Assembly: GCF_006345805.1 (NCBI RefSeq)
Contig: NC_042998.1
Location: forward strand, 192,510,001 to 192,574,000
DNA length: 64,000 nt
Direction of reading: 5' to 3'
From: Octopus sinensis
Lineage: Eukaryota
Shown: piece after piece, positions 38,360-49,814 of the stretch
Layout: every line of letters begins with the position of its first letter
Numbering within the stretch: the stretch's first letter is position 1
Notes under the pieces: generated by a model
Database searches by the model: none
Seen by the model: only the letters and a program-made list of their open reading frames with translations
Told to the model about the DNA's origin: nothing
Translations under genes and position numbers: made by a program

Positions 38360-38760
38360 AAAATAATACACCCATAAAACAGAACATGTCCTTGAAAATT
38401 TCCAATTAAAAGTACAATGGGATATGAAACTTCAAAGGGATAAACAAATATAACTTTCATGGTCAGATATTCTCATACTCAATAAAGAGAAAAGAGTATG
38501 TTGCTTAATGGATGCGATGTGGACATCTCGTATAAGAGCAGGAGAAAAGATGTGAGAAAATAGGAATATACCAGGGATTAAAATATAAACTTCAAATAAT
38601 TTGGAGCTGCTGCAAAGTTAAGATTGTCCCAATTGTAAATGGAACCTCGGGGATACTTGCAAGAAGTGTGAACGGCAGGTTGTAGATGATGGATACCAAA
38701 GTTGACTTTTCTAACACTACAGAAAACTTGTTAGCTGGGCACAACAAGGCAGTATAAAGA
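38360..38760 (+). mobile_element. R4/Dong-type restriction-like endonuclease (RLE) domain remnant 1
   Basis: KVQWDMKLQRDKQI...SDILILNKEKRVCCLMD...IVPIVNGTSG...LQKT..LGTTR, with frameshifts. Confidence 0.6.
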
Positions 38761-38879
38761 AGTCAACCTCGGCAGAATTTGAACTCAAAACGTAGCAATG
38801 GGTAAAATACCATTAAGCATTTTTCCCAGTATGCTAATGATTCTACCAGCTTGCAACATTAATGATACATAGGAATTTG

Positions 38880-39149
38880 TCTGTTAATAGATATGTCCCA
38901 CAAGGTCAAAATGTCTCAAGAAAGGAATACGAAAAGCTTTCTCACTATAAAGATCTGCAAATTGAAATCACAAAAATGTGGAAGCTGAGAACTACGATAA
39001 TACCAGTAGTAATTGGTGCTTTGGGAATGATAAAGAAGGGAGCTGAGAAGTATATTAAGCAACTCCCTGGTAATTCCAATCTCTGTGAACTACAAAAGAT
39101 AACCTTGATGGGTATACCCCATATATTATGGAAAGCACTCTCCATCTAA
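38880..39149 (+). mobile_element. R4/Dong-type RLE domain remnant 2
   Basis: VPQGQNVSRKEYEKLSHYKDLQIEITKMWKLRTTIIPVVIGALG...LQKITLMG..ILWKAL shows the KxxKYxDL...PVVIGALG RLE C-terminus. Confidence 0.85.
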
Positions 39150-39313
39150 AATGGAATAAATGTGGTGATAATTTTAGCATGCACAGCAAAACGAAAGTAC
39201 TCTTGGCCTCCAGAGGATGCCCGATAGTAAGGCAGCTGAAATAAAGTTATAATGAAAGGAAACAATAATAACAATAATAATACAGTTCTATATTTTAGAG
39301 ATGAGGAATTATG

Positions 39314-39600
39314 TACATTATTTACATCATTTACAATTGAAGGATATCTGTCCTCATCTTGATTGTTGTTAACACAACGTTTCGGCTGATATACCCTCCA
39401 GCCTTCTTCAGGTGTCTTGGGGAAATTTTGAATCTGGGTCCTCATTCCTAAGGTATTTTTCGATGTTATTATTATTATTATTGTTATTGTTCAGGTCACT
39501 GCTTGGAATCGAACTCGGAATCTTGGCATTAGTAGCCCATACTCTTAACCACTATGCCATATGCCCGTGGGTATATAGCATAAATAATGTAAATAATGTA
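39314..39600 (-). mobile_element. tRNA-headed short element carrying a hammerhead motif, bounded by 20-bp inverted repeats
   Basis: tRNA-like head at 39566-39495, hammerhead at 39416-39371, and inverted repeats at 39314-39333 and 39581-39600 (19/20). Confidence 0.7.
39371..39416 (-). ncRNA. Minimal type I hammerhead ribozyme motif (Penelope-like architecture)
   Basis: GACAC CUGAAGA A GGCUG-GAGGGUAUAU-CAGCC GAAAC GUU GUGUU. Stem I has 5 bp, stem II has 5 bp, and stem III is the loopless palindrome AACGUU. Confidence 0.75.
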
Positions 39601-39606
39601 AATAAA

Positions 39607-39661
<55 letters not shown>

Positions 39662-39894
39662 GTTTCAATTTTTAGCACAAGGCCAGCAATCTTTTTGCTG
39701 GGGCTAAGTCAATTACATTAACCCCAGTGTTCAACTAGCACTTATTTTACTGACCCTGAAAGGAGGCAGGGCAAAGTCAGCCTCAGTAGAATTTGATCTC
39801 AGAATATAAGGCCAAAAGATATACTGATAAGAACTGTTTCCAGCATGGTAAAACGATTCAGCTACTTCTATATCTTAATAATAATAACAATAAT

Positions 39895-40255
39895 ATGAAA
39901 TGTTGTGGAAACTTTAACATTCAGACTGAAAGAGTAATAAAAGGCCTAATTTAGTAGTAGTAGTAGATAAAGAGAATAGAAAATGACCGATAATTGACTT
40001 TACTGTTCCAATTGATGAGAAAGTCAATATGAGAAGTATAGAGAAAATTCTAGGAACTAGACATTGAGTTACAGAGACTATGGAAAGTGTGAGTAAAATG
40101 TATCCCCGTAGTTATAGGTGCATTTGGAACTATCCCTAAAGATTTGAACTGATGGATAGAGAACACAGGCATAAAACCTAGTTTAGTGCAGCTCTAGAAA
40201 ATAGTGTTATTAGGGACAGCTAGGATACTAAGAAGGGTTCTTGGCATCCAAGACT
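39895..40255 (+). mobile_element. R4/Dong-type RLE domain remnant 3
   Basis: NFNIQTERVI...VVVDKENRK..IIDFTVP...IPVVIGAFGTIPK...KIVLLGTARILRRVL. Confidence 0.75.
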
Positions 40256-40819
40256 ACTTGATGTAGCCAAATGTTAGGAATCTTTCTTTTCCAACAGTTT
40301 AATCTGTTGTGCTTCGAGTGTGATCGTTACCAGCATCGCCTTACTGGCACCTGTGCCGGTGGCATGTGTAAAGGATTCGAGCGAGGTCATTGCCAGTGCC
40401 GCCTAACTGGCCCCATGCCGGTGGCACATAAAAGCACCCACTACACTCTCGGAGTGGTTGGCGTTAGGAAGGGCATCCAGCTGTAGAAACTCTGCCGGAT
40501 CAAGATTGAGGCTTGGTGCAGCCATCTGGTTCACCAGCCCTCAGTCAAATCATCCAACCCATGCTAGCATGGAAAGCAGACGTTAAGCGATGATGAAGAT
40601 GATGAATATTTTGGTGCAAGGTCAAAAATTTTAGGGAGAGGAAAGGTTAGACAATTGCCCTGACTCCATTGTTAAGCAGGTACTCATGTTATCGACTTTT
40701 AAAGGATGGAAACAAAATCAACATCAGCAGAATTTGAACTCACAGTGTAACGACTTGAAAGAAATACTACTAAGCAGTTTGTCTATCTCACTGCCTTAAT
40801 TATATTAATAAAGGGAATA

Positions 40820-41490
40820 ATGCTGCTGCTGATGATGATGATGATGATGACGATGACGATGATGGTGATGATGATGACGATGACGATGACGATGGTGATG
40901 ATGGTGATGATGATGATGACGATGATGGTGATGATAATGATGATGATGATGATGATGATGACGATGACGATGATGATGGTGATGATGATGATAATGATGA
41001 CAATGATGATGATGATGATGATGATGATTATGATGATGATGATGATGACGACAATGACGATGGTGATGATGGTGACGGTGATGATGATGATGATGATGAT
41101 GATGACGATGGTGGTAATGATGATGATGGTGACGATGATGATGATGACGATGATGATGACGATGATTATGATGATGATGATGACAATGACGATGGTGATG
41201 ATGGTGACGGTGATGATGATGATGATGATGATGATGACGATGGTGGTAATGATGATGATGGTGACGATGATGATGATGACGATGATGATGACGATGATTA
41301 TGATGATGATGATGACGACAATGACGATGGTGATGATGGTGACGGTGATGATGATGATGATGATGATGATGACGATGACGATGGTGGTAATGATGATGAT
41401 GGTGACGATGATGATGATGACGATGATGATGATGATGATGATGACGATGACGACGATGACAACAACGACGATGATGATGATGATTATGAA
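40820..41490. repeat. (GAT/GAC/GGT)n compound microsatellite with ~133-bp higher-order repeats
   Basis: Marker GACAATGACGATGGTGATGATGGTGACGGTG occurs at 41050, 41182 and 41317. Confidence 0.92.
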
Positions 41491-41602
41491 CATTTAGAAA
41501 ATAATATTTTGAAAATTACTAAGGGAAATAATCAATCATTTACATTTGATTTGATACTGAAGTGTTTAGAACTAATTATGAATCTCATAACTGAGGCACA
41601 CT

Positions 41603-41641
<39 letters not shown>

Positions 41642-42348
41642 TGTGTGTGTGTGTGTGTGTGTGCATATGTATGGCTGTATGTGTTATATGTGTGTGTGTG
41701 TGTGAATGTATATTCATGTATATGTGTACACTTGTTACTGTGCATACATAAATGTAATAGTGAGTGTCCACTCTTGTTTCTGTATGTGTGTATATGTGTA
41801 AATATATGTGTCTGTGTGTGTGTGTGTGTTTTAATGTAAGAACGGCTGTTCTTAGCCAGCTACGAACAATGGACAGCTGACAAAGTGTAATGATGCCAAA
41901 ACACATGTCCTATGGTTCATTGACATCTTTCATAGCCCAGTGACATGTTTTTCACACAACATCGTCTAAAAGGCGTATTTCTCTCTGGAGACAATTTTCA
42001 CAGCAAATGTCTGTCCATACTTGGATGTACATAAATGTGTTAAATGTATTCATACACACCCGTATTTCAATGAATGGTGCTTTCTGTGCTTCTAGTTAAC
42101 ACATTGTGTGTTTTATGCATATATCTATATATATATATATATCATCATCATCATCATCATCATCGTTTAACGTCCATTTTCCGTGCTAGCACGGGTTGGA
42201 CGGTTCGACCAGGGTCTGGGAAGCCAGGGGCTGCACCAGGCTCCAGTCTGATCTGGCAGAGTTTCTACAGCTGGATGCCCTTCCTAACGCCAACCACTCC
42301 ACGAGTGTAATCAATGTGTAGTCAATATATATATATACATACACATAT

Positions 42349-42414
<66 letters not shown>

Positions 42415-42417
<3 letters not shown>

Positions 42418-42970
42418 AAATGGGACAAGAACGCAAAACATCCGGATAGTTAGGTGATACAAAAAGGGACAACAAAACATCCAGATAGACGGATACAAAG
42501 AAAACAAGGATGGGTCATTCGAAGCTCCCCCTCTTCAGTCAAGCACCAGATAATCTTTGCAATTTCAGCTGATTATTCTTGAGATTGCTCCAATCTGGCC
42601 AGCCCCAAGGGAAAACTAAGCTAAGAGCATTAGATTCTTTGGAAGAAAGCATCGAATGCATACAAAAACAAGGATGGGAAAAACGGACAATCAATTTCAC
42701 ACAAATATAAATACAACAAAAATACAATAAAAATAATAACAGGACATAACAACAGGTGTCTTTCGACTAAGGACGAATTGTATTAAGCTGGTGCATGTGG
42801 AAATGAAGCATTACGGCAGAGATACAGAAATTTCACAAACACAGGGAAGAATATTAATGTTGCATGGACAACAGTCAGAACAAGAAAGAAAGAGCAACTT
42901 GGCGGATCAGTCATGTGGGAAGAGAGAGAAGTAGAAGCAGAGAGACAGAAGAATTAAGGAGGGGGAAGAG
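42415..42970. repeat. Unclassified element between (TA)n tracts
   Basis: Bounded by TA runs, with an internal imperfect direct repeat (TACAAAA.GGGACAA...AAAACATCC.GATAG). No family assignment. Confidence 0.35.
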
Positions 42971-43143
42971 AATATATATATATATATATATATATTAATT
43001 TATATATAGAGGGCATTATACATACATGCCAGACGGCATTATACATACATGCCAAACGCTAAGAGGGACAATCAGTCATTTCTACCAAAAATATTACTAA
43101 TCCCACTGAATGCAATTTTTCAAAGTAAGACATTTAAAAATAT

Positions 43144-43191
43144 AGACCTGTATCACAGTGATTTCATACTTACGTAATCATCAGCAGGCCT
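43144..43191 (-). ncRNA. Type I hammerhead ribozyme motif, left arm copy
   Basis: AGGCCUG CUGAUGA UUACGUAAGUAU GAAA UCACUGUGA UA CAGGUCU. Stem I has 7 bp with one G.U pair. Confidence 0.75.
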
Positions 43192-43952
43192 GAATGTATT
43201 ATAAATAAACAACGACCCTGCCCCGCTTAAGCCGATCAGCTAACTGATCAACATCAACGAAGCACATGGGTGAGTTTACATATATTACATCCGGGTAAAT
43301 GGCAAACTTTTACGAATTGCATTTCGGGAGAGGAAAAGTTTTTTCGGAATAAAAATTTAGCAATTAAGGACAACTACTTAATAAGGAAAACTTAACAAGA
43401 AATTGTCAGGTAGATAGCGTAAAAACCTCATAAGAGAAAAAATTTCGAAAATAATTATTTCTTATTGAACATATTAATTATATATAGAGGGCATTATACA
43501 TACATGCCAGACGGCATTATACATACATGCCAAACGCTAAGAGGGACAATCAGTCATTTCTACCAAAAATATTACTAATCCCACTGAATGACTGATTGTC
43601 CCTCTTAGCGTTTGGCATGTATGTATAATGCCGTCTGGCATGTATGTATAATGCCCTCTATATATAAATTAATATGTTCAATAAGAAATAATTATTTTCG
43701 AAATTTTTTCTCTTATGAGGTTTTTACGCTATCTACCTGACAATTTCTTGTTAAGTTTTCCTTATTAAGTAGTTGTCTTAATTGCTAAATTTTTATTCCG
43801 AAAAAACTTTTCCTCTCCCGAAATGCAATTCGTAAAAGTTTGCCATTTACCCGGATGTAATATATGTAAACTCACCCATGTGCTTCGTTGATGTTGATCA
43901 GTTAGCTGATCGGCTTAAGCGGGGCAGGGTCGTTGTTATTTATAATACATTC

Positions 43953-44000
43953 AGACCTGCTGATGATTACGTAAGTATGAAATCACTGTGATACAGGTCT
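43953..44000 (+). ncRNA. Type I hammerhead ribozyme motif, right arm copy
   Basis: AGACCUG CUGAUGA U-UAC-GUAA-GUA-U GAAA UCAC-U-GUGA UA CAGGUCU. Stem I is a perfect 7 bp, the core is intact, and stem III is palindromic. Predicted cleavage is after A43993. Confidence 0.8.
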
Positions 44001-44266
44001 ATATTTTTAAATGTCTTACTTTGAAAAATTGCATTCGGTGGGATTAGTAATATTTTTGGTAGAAATGACTGATTGTCCCTCTTAGCGTTTGGCATGTATG
44101 TATAATGCCGTCTGGCATGTATGTATAATGCCCTCTATATATAAATTAATATGTTCAATAAGAAATAATTATTTTCGAAATTTTTTCTCTTATGAGGTTT
44201 TTACGCTATCTACCTGACAATTTCCTGTTAAGTTTTCCTTATTAAGTAGTTGTCCTTAATTGCTAA

Positions 44267-44342
<76 letters not shown>

Positions 44343-44346
<4 letters not shown>

Positions 44347-44815
44347 GGTTGGACAAAATAATGGAAACACCTTAAAATTTCAAAGAAATTTATTTCAATA
44401 TGGGGTAGGACTGCCTTTGGCAGTACTTATAGTTTGGATTCTATGATGTATGGACTCATACGAAGTTTGAATTGTTTCCAAAGGAATCTTTGTCCATTCT
44501 TCAGCTAAAACAGTCTCCAGCTCTTGTAGTGATGATGGTGGAGGATATCATCTCCCTACTTGTTTTTCTAAGATGCACCATAAATGTTCAATAATATTGA
44601 GATCTGGGGACTGTAGTGGCCAGATAAGTTGTTCATCTTCACGAGAATTCACTTTAGCTGTGTGAATTGGCGCATTATCATCCTGAATGATTGCGTTTCC
44701 CTCCGGAAACAGTTCCGCAACCAAAGGATGAATGTGAATGGAGAAAATGCTTAGATAGTCTTGGTTATTAATTCTGCCATGAAAGGAAACCATTGAGCTG
44801 GTGAATTTCCAAGAA
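44343..44815 (-). mobile_element. Tc1-family transposon right end with transposase C-terminal remnant
   Basis: IIQDDNAPIHTAK...WPLQSPDLNIIEHLW is the Tc1 DDE C-terminus. The terminus TA|CAGAGGTTGGACAAAATAATGGAAACACC abuts (TA)n. Confidence 0.85.
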
Positions 44816-44819
44816 AGAG

Positions 44820-45245
44820 AAGACATGACAAATAAAGTGAGTTCACAGCTGTAACCTACACCAGTGTTGCATAGCCAGCCCACACAAAAGTACCTTGGAT
44901 CGTAGGGTGACATGCCATGCTTGAGGAGACCTATTGAGTCAAGAACATCAGCATCAATATCAAGATCAAATCAAATGGAAATTTTAGTTGTGATTCCCAT
45001 ACCAGTAACACGTAAAAAGCACCATCCGATCATGATCGATGCCAGCCTCCTCTGGCCCCTGTGCCAGTGGCACGTAAAAAGCACCCACTACACTCTCGGA
45101 GGGGTTGGCGTTAGGATGGGCATCCAGTTGTAGAAACAGTGCTAGATCAGATTAGGGCCTAGTGCAGCCTCCTGGCTTCCCAGACCCCAGTCAACCCATC
45201 CAACCCATGCCAGCATGGAAAACGGACGTTAAACGATGATGATGA
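44820..45245 (+). mobile_element. Family C copy with long 5' extension
   Basis: The 5' part (44820-44990) matches the reverse complement of ~55080-55275. The copy ends in AAAC(GAT)n. Confidence 0.65.
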
Positions 45246-46280
45246 GGATAATGATGATGATGATATATAAAGTTATAAATGGCGAGAGTGTAGTGGGTGC
45301 TTTTATGTGCCACTGGCACGAGGGCCAGTTTGGTGGTACTGGCAACAGCCATGCTCAAATGGTGCTTTTTATGTGCCACCGGCACAGGAGCCAGTCCAGC
45401 GACACTTGCAACAACCTTGGTCGAATGTTTTTTTTTTCACGTGCCACCAGCACAAGTGCTAGTAAGACGACACAGGTAACGATCACGCTCGAACGGTGCA
45501 TTTAACACAGTTGTGTAGTAATTATAGTACATTAGTGTAGTAATTATACTGTAGTGGTATAGCAATAAAATATTACAGATAGCAACAATTAATCAAATAT
45601 TCAAAGATTTGAATCTTTCCTAATGTTCTTCATTTCACTAATCATAATGTGTGTGAATGTCATCAGTGTCACAAATGTCCTAATAATTTTGTATGGATTA
45701 GAGGGAGGGAGAGAGAGAGTAAACTGGTAAGGGCCGAATCACAATGACATTTGTTCCAACAATCAGCTTGTGATATCTCTTCATGGCAAGCAAACCCATT
45801 TTGTACAAGAGTTATCTTCAGTTTATGCTAAGTAGGTGTGGTAACATCAATAGGAAATCCTGTTGTAATAATCTGCTCGCATCTGCTTTCGCTGAATTTA
45901 TACGTGTTGGGGGTCAAAGGATAGAATAGAGTTAATGGGAATAGATCAAGATTGAAGCAACCACTATAACTAATACAAATAAAGTTGTTTCTAGGCAGGT
46001 GCTTTACATGCTAGAAAGAGCAGTTAAATCTTCTTCAATTCACACCTTGATAGTCTTTCTGAAATGGAAATATTAGATAACGCAATATTAGATACACCGT
46101 ATCCTGAAAAAAGATAGGATGAGCAATAATAAGGTCTTTGATAGTAAGTCTGCTCAGTCAGAGCTGACCTTGAGTTAAACAATAACAACAATAACAACAA
46201 CATCAACAACTAGTGCAACACTAATATATCTGTAGACATGCAAGGTTTTGCAAGGAGCAGATAATGGTATTTAATATGAG

Positions 46281-46695
46281 TTGGTGAGCTGGCAGAATCG
46301 TTAGCACGCCAGGCGAAATGCTTAGCGGTATTTTGTCTGCCGTTACGTTCTGAGTTCAAATTCCGTCGAGGTCGACTTTGTCTTTCATCCTTTCAGGGTC
46401 AATTAAATAAGTACCAGTTATGTGCTGGGGGGCGATATAATCGACTTAATCCATTTGTCTGTCCTTCTTTGTCCTCTCTGTGTTTAGCCCCTTGTGGATA
46501 GCAAAGAAATAGGTATTTCGTCTGCCACTACATTCTGAGTTCAAATTCCGCCGAGGTCGCATTTGCCTTTCATCCTTTCAGGGTCAATTAAATAAGTACC
46601 AGTTACGCGCTGGGGTCGATATAATCAACTTAATCCGTTTGTCTGTCCTTGTTTGGCCTCTCTGTGTTTAACCCCTTGTGGATAGTAAAGAAATA
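46281..46695 (+). mobile_element. SINE-A dimer in one 15-bp TSD
   Basis: GGTATTTAATATGAG (46266-46280) and GATATTTGATATGAG (46696-46710), 13/15 identical. Confidence 0.85.
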
Positions 46696-47884
46696 GATAT
46701 TTGATATGAGCCAGTGAAGGCAGCAGACTGACAGACCCAATAGGAATTTCAACCATGTTTCGTGGTCTGCTACCACAACAGCTCCTTTACAGAATCCAGT
46801 TAGCTCAAGATATCATCAGGAGGAACCACGTCTGGTTTCGGCCCCTACTCCTCTACTGTTTTGACATGGCATAGCCCCCACTTTCGGAGGTGTCTTCAGC
46901 TCTGGTGCTGAGTATATGTCTTCTTTCTTCTGTTCCCTGGCCTTTTCAATGTAGCATCAACCAGTGTCAGTGGGTGACTGTCTGTCTTGTCAAATTTTAT
47001 CCCTTTAAATACCTGCTGCTAGGCTCCAGCAGGCAGCCCCAGCAAGTTGTCACGTGACATTGTCTCAACCTTAACTGACCAACGAAGGCACGTAGTCTTA
47101 GCCCACGCATTCTCTAAATAAGCAAGACATAAACATCATAGCCAAAATCCCCTGTTCCTCAGCTTTGTCTTTCTTTGGTCCGAGTATTGGGGTACAAATA
47201 TAAGAGCGGATGCACACTTTAGAATTTCGGAGAAAGAACACATCTGTGATCAATAACATTCCAGTCATGACCATCTCAACTTTTTTTAGAAGAAGCCAAA
47301 GTCTACATTATTCTACGTATCTTTCCTTGTGTAAAACAGCAAGGGATGATCTGCTATTTCTAGCTATCGAAGAGACCATGTAGAGGACCCAGTATTTATT
47401 TGTTCGGAAGAATATAAAGTAAATAGCATTGAAAGCAGTAAAATAAACTGCCTATTGCTTTTGAATGACTATATTTATGTTACAAGAATCATGTTCATTA
47501 ATTTGAAGAGACCATTTATTATCTAGTTATGTGCTCTTACTATATTGCTAAGCTGAGCACAATGTTAAATATTATTTACATTTCATATAAAATATCTCGG
47601 GAGAAAAATATATTGACCATTACATTATGGTAGAATCATTGTACCCATTAAAAAGACAGACACTCACAAACACTCTAATAATAATATGTATGGCATAGGA
47701 ATGCTTAAGTGCAGGTATGGCCACATGGTCAAGCGGTTATCTTCCTAGACACGTGATTTCAGGTTAAGTTCCACTACACAGCCTGTTGAGCAAGTATCTT
47801 CAAATATAGCCCTGGGCTGGTCAAGCCGTATGAATGGACCTCATAGACAGAAATATTGAAAGAAGCCTGTGGTACATGTGTGTA

Positions 47885-48068
47885 TGTGTGTGTGTGTATA
47901 AACATATATACATACATACATGCATACATACATACATACATATAATCATAGATACATACATACATACATACATGCATACATACATACATAGAGACATACA
48001 TATAATCATAGATACATACATACATACATACATACATATAATCATAGATACATGCATACATACATACA

Positions 48069-48100
<32 letters not shown>

Positions 48101-48240
48101 ATCATAGATACATCCATACATATAATCATAGCTACATGCATACATACATGCATACATGCATGCATACATACATGCACACATACATACACACATAATACAT
48201 ACACGCATACATACATACATACATGCATACATACATACAG

Positions 48241-48271
<31 letters not shown>

Positions 48272-48350
48272 ATCATAGATACATGCATACATACATACAC
48301 ACATCATACATACATACATACACACATCATACATACATACATACATACAC
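47885..48350. repeat. (ATAC)n compound microsatellite with recurrent ATAATCATAG interruptions
   Basis: Follows a decayed SINE-B head at ~47705-47880. Confidence 0.92.
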
Positions 48351-49553
48351 ACGAATATATATGTATGTTATGTAAGTTTGTTTGTGTGTGTGTATGTGTG
48401 TGTGTGTGTATCAGAGACATAAATATTTCTACATTTTTCAAAACTGTCATAACTGATAGGTTTTTCCTATGTCAGTTGTATGACAATACAATTAAACAGG
48501 CACTGCTAACATCACTCCAAGTTTGGCAGAAAGATTAATGATGTACCAATTGTAATTAAGATACTAAATACACCTGGTACTGACACCAAACTCCATAATT
48601 CAAAAGCATGGGTTTATTTTTTTTTGTTTTAAAATCTTATATTTATTGATATTTAATTCAATTTAATGCAACTCACTGATATTGAATTTTTATTTAGAAA
48701 TAACTCTAGATGTCAGAATTTTATAGATGTTATTTATTTATAAGATGGATGTTAATATATTAGATATCATAGCATCACCATCATCATCTTTTAACATTCC
48801 TCTACCATGCTGACATGGGTGTGTTGAATGGTTTCACAGAATCTAATGTGTCTAAGAATAAGTACTAGGCTTGCAAAGAATAAGTCCTGGGGTCGATTTG
48901 CTCGACTAAAGGCGGTGCTCCAGCATGGCCACTGTAAAATGACTGAAACAAATAAAAGACATTTTACACACACATGAACTAAATTTCAACACACAAGACA
49001 TTCAGTGACCATGGCTTTCGTAGAAGACACCAGCTCACAATGTCTATGCAGTGGGGAGGAACCCTCAACTTTAATGCCCACTTTTGTTAGGTGTCTACAG
49101 CGTGACACCTTTGTAACAAGATGAAGGTCTCAGGAATACTTTAGGGGTGTTTGTCTTATCTTGTCACATACAATTGTCGAAGGGAGAACCAAAATCCGAC
49201 TGTCTTCAATAGCAAGAAATAATACTTTATTTTTTCCGGGTTCCGCAAATAAAAATATATATACACATATATTTTCCTTAAGGGCGAACTGGTAGCCAAG
49301 TCCACAAGACTGTTCACAAATGTTCACTTGGGTGAGCCAAAATTACTGTCTCCATTCCCGCTTAGAAGAGAGCTTCTCTATATGTAAGGTAAATGTTCAT
49401 TTGTGTGAGCCAAAACTACCGACGCTGTTCCCGCTTAGAAGAGAGCTTCTCTACATGTAGGGTTTTCCCTGAGAGAAGGTTGGTCACATCCACTCGGTAG
49501 GGTTGCTGATTCAAAAAGGACAGATTTAGCAGGAATGCTTTCAGTTTGCAGTT

Positions 49554-49619
49554 CTCTGCGCATGCACATGAGGGAACTTCTGGCAGCCTACCGGAAGTAA
49601 TCCAACTCTGCGCATGCAC
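49554..49619. promoter_or_regulatory. Candidate NRF1-ETS-ETS-NRF1 motif cassette
   Basis: CTCTGCGCATGCAC twice (49554, 49606) around ACTTCTGG and CCGGAAGT (49591-49598). Motif match only. Confidence 0.3.
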
Positions 49620-49814
49620 GCTGAAAACTTCCAAAAATAGCATCACTACACCTTTCCAAACACCAACCATTTCATAGAGTGCGTGACTTTCCTTTACCAT
49701 GGCATCAGTACTACTCTTCCCTAGCTTTCATCCTTAATTGCTCCCTCTCAACCCTTGTTTATTAACTGCCCTCACTCAACCCTTGTTTATCATTACCTGC
49801 CCCCTCTCAATCCT

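Larger units (their letters stand above)
42992..44270. repeat. ~480-bp tandem unit in fold-back (inverted) arrangement, each arm with a hammerhead
   Basis: Period 479-480 bp (42992 vs 43471). Arms 42992-43558 and 43587-~44152 are reverse complements around a 28-nt spacer. (TA)n lies at both ends. Confidence 0.9.

Noticed and set aside
40783-41497. Poly-Ile / poly-Met ORFs
   Set aside because: Translation of (GAT)n. The same applies to the poly-I/N/Y/H/LS ORFs elsewhere.
42505-42625. Hammerhead-like words in the 42.4-43.0-kb element
   Set aside because: The core is incomplete on both strands (CUGAAGA..GAAU; CUGAUUA) and there is no stem I.
45041-45110. HDV-like ribozyme in family C modules (GCC-UCCUCU-GGC)
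   Set aside because: P3/L3 resemblance only. No J4/2 with the catalytic C and A could be placed.
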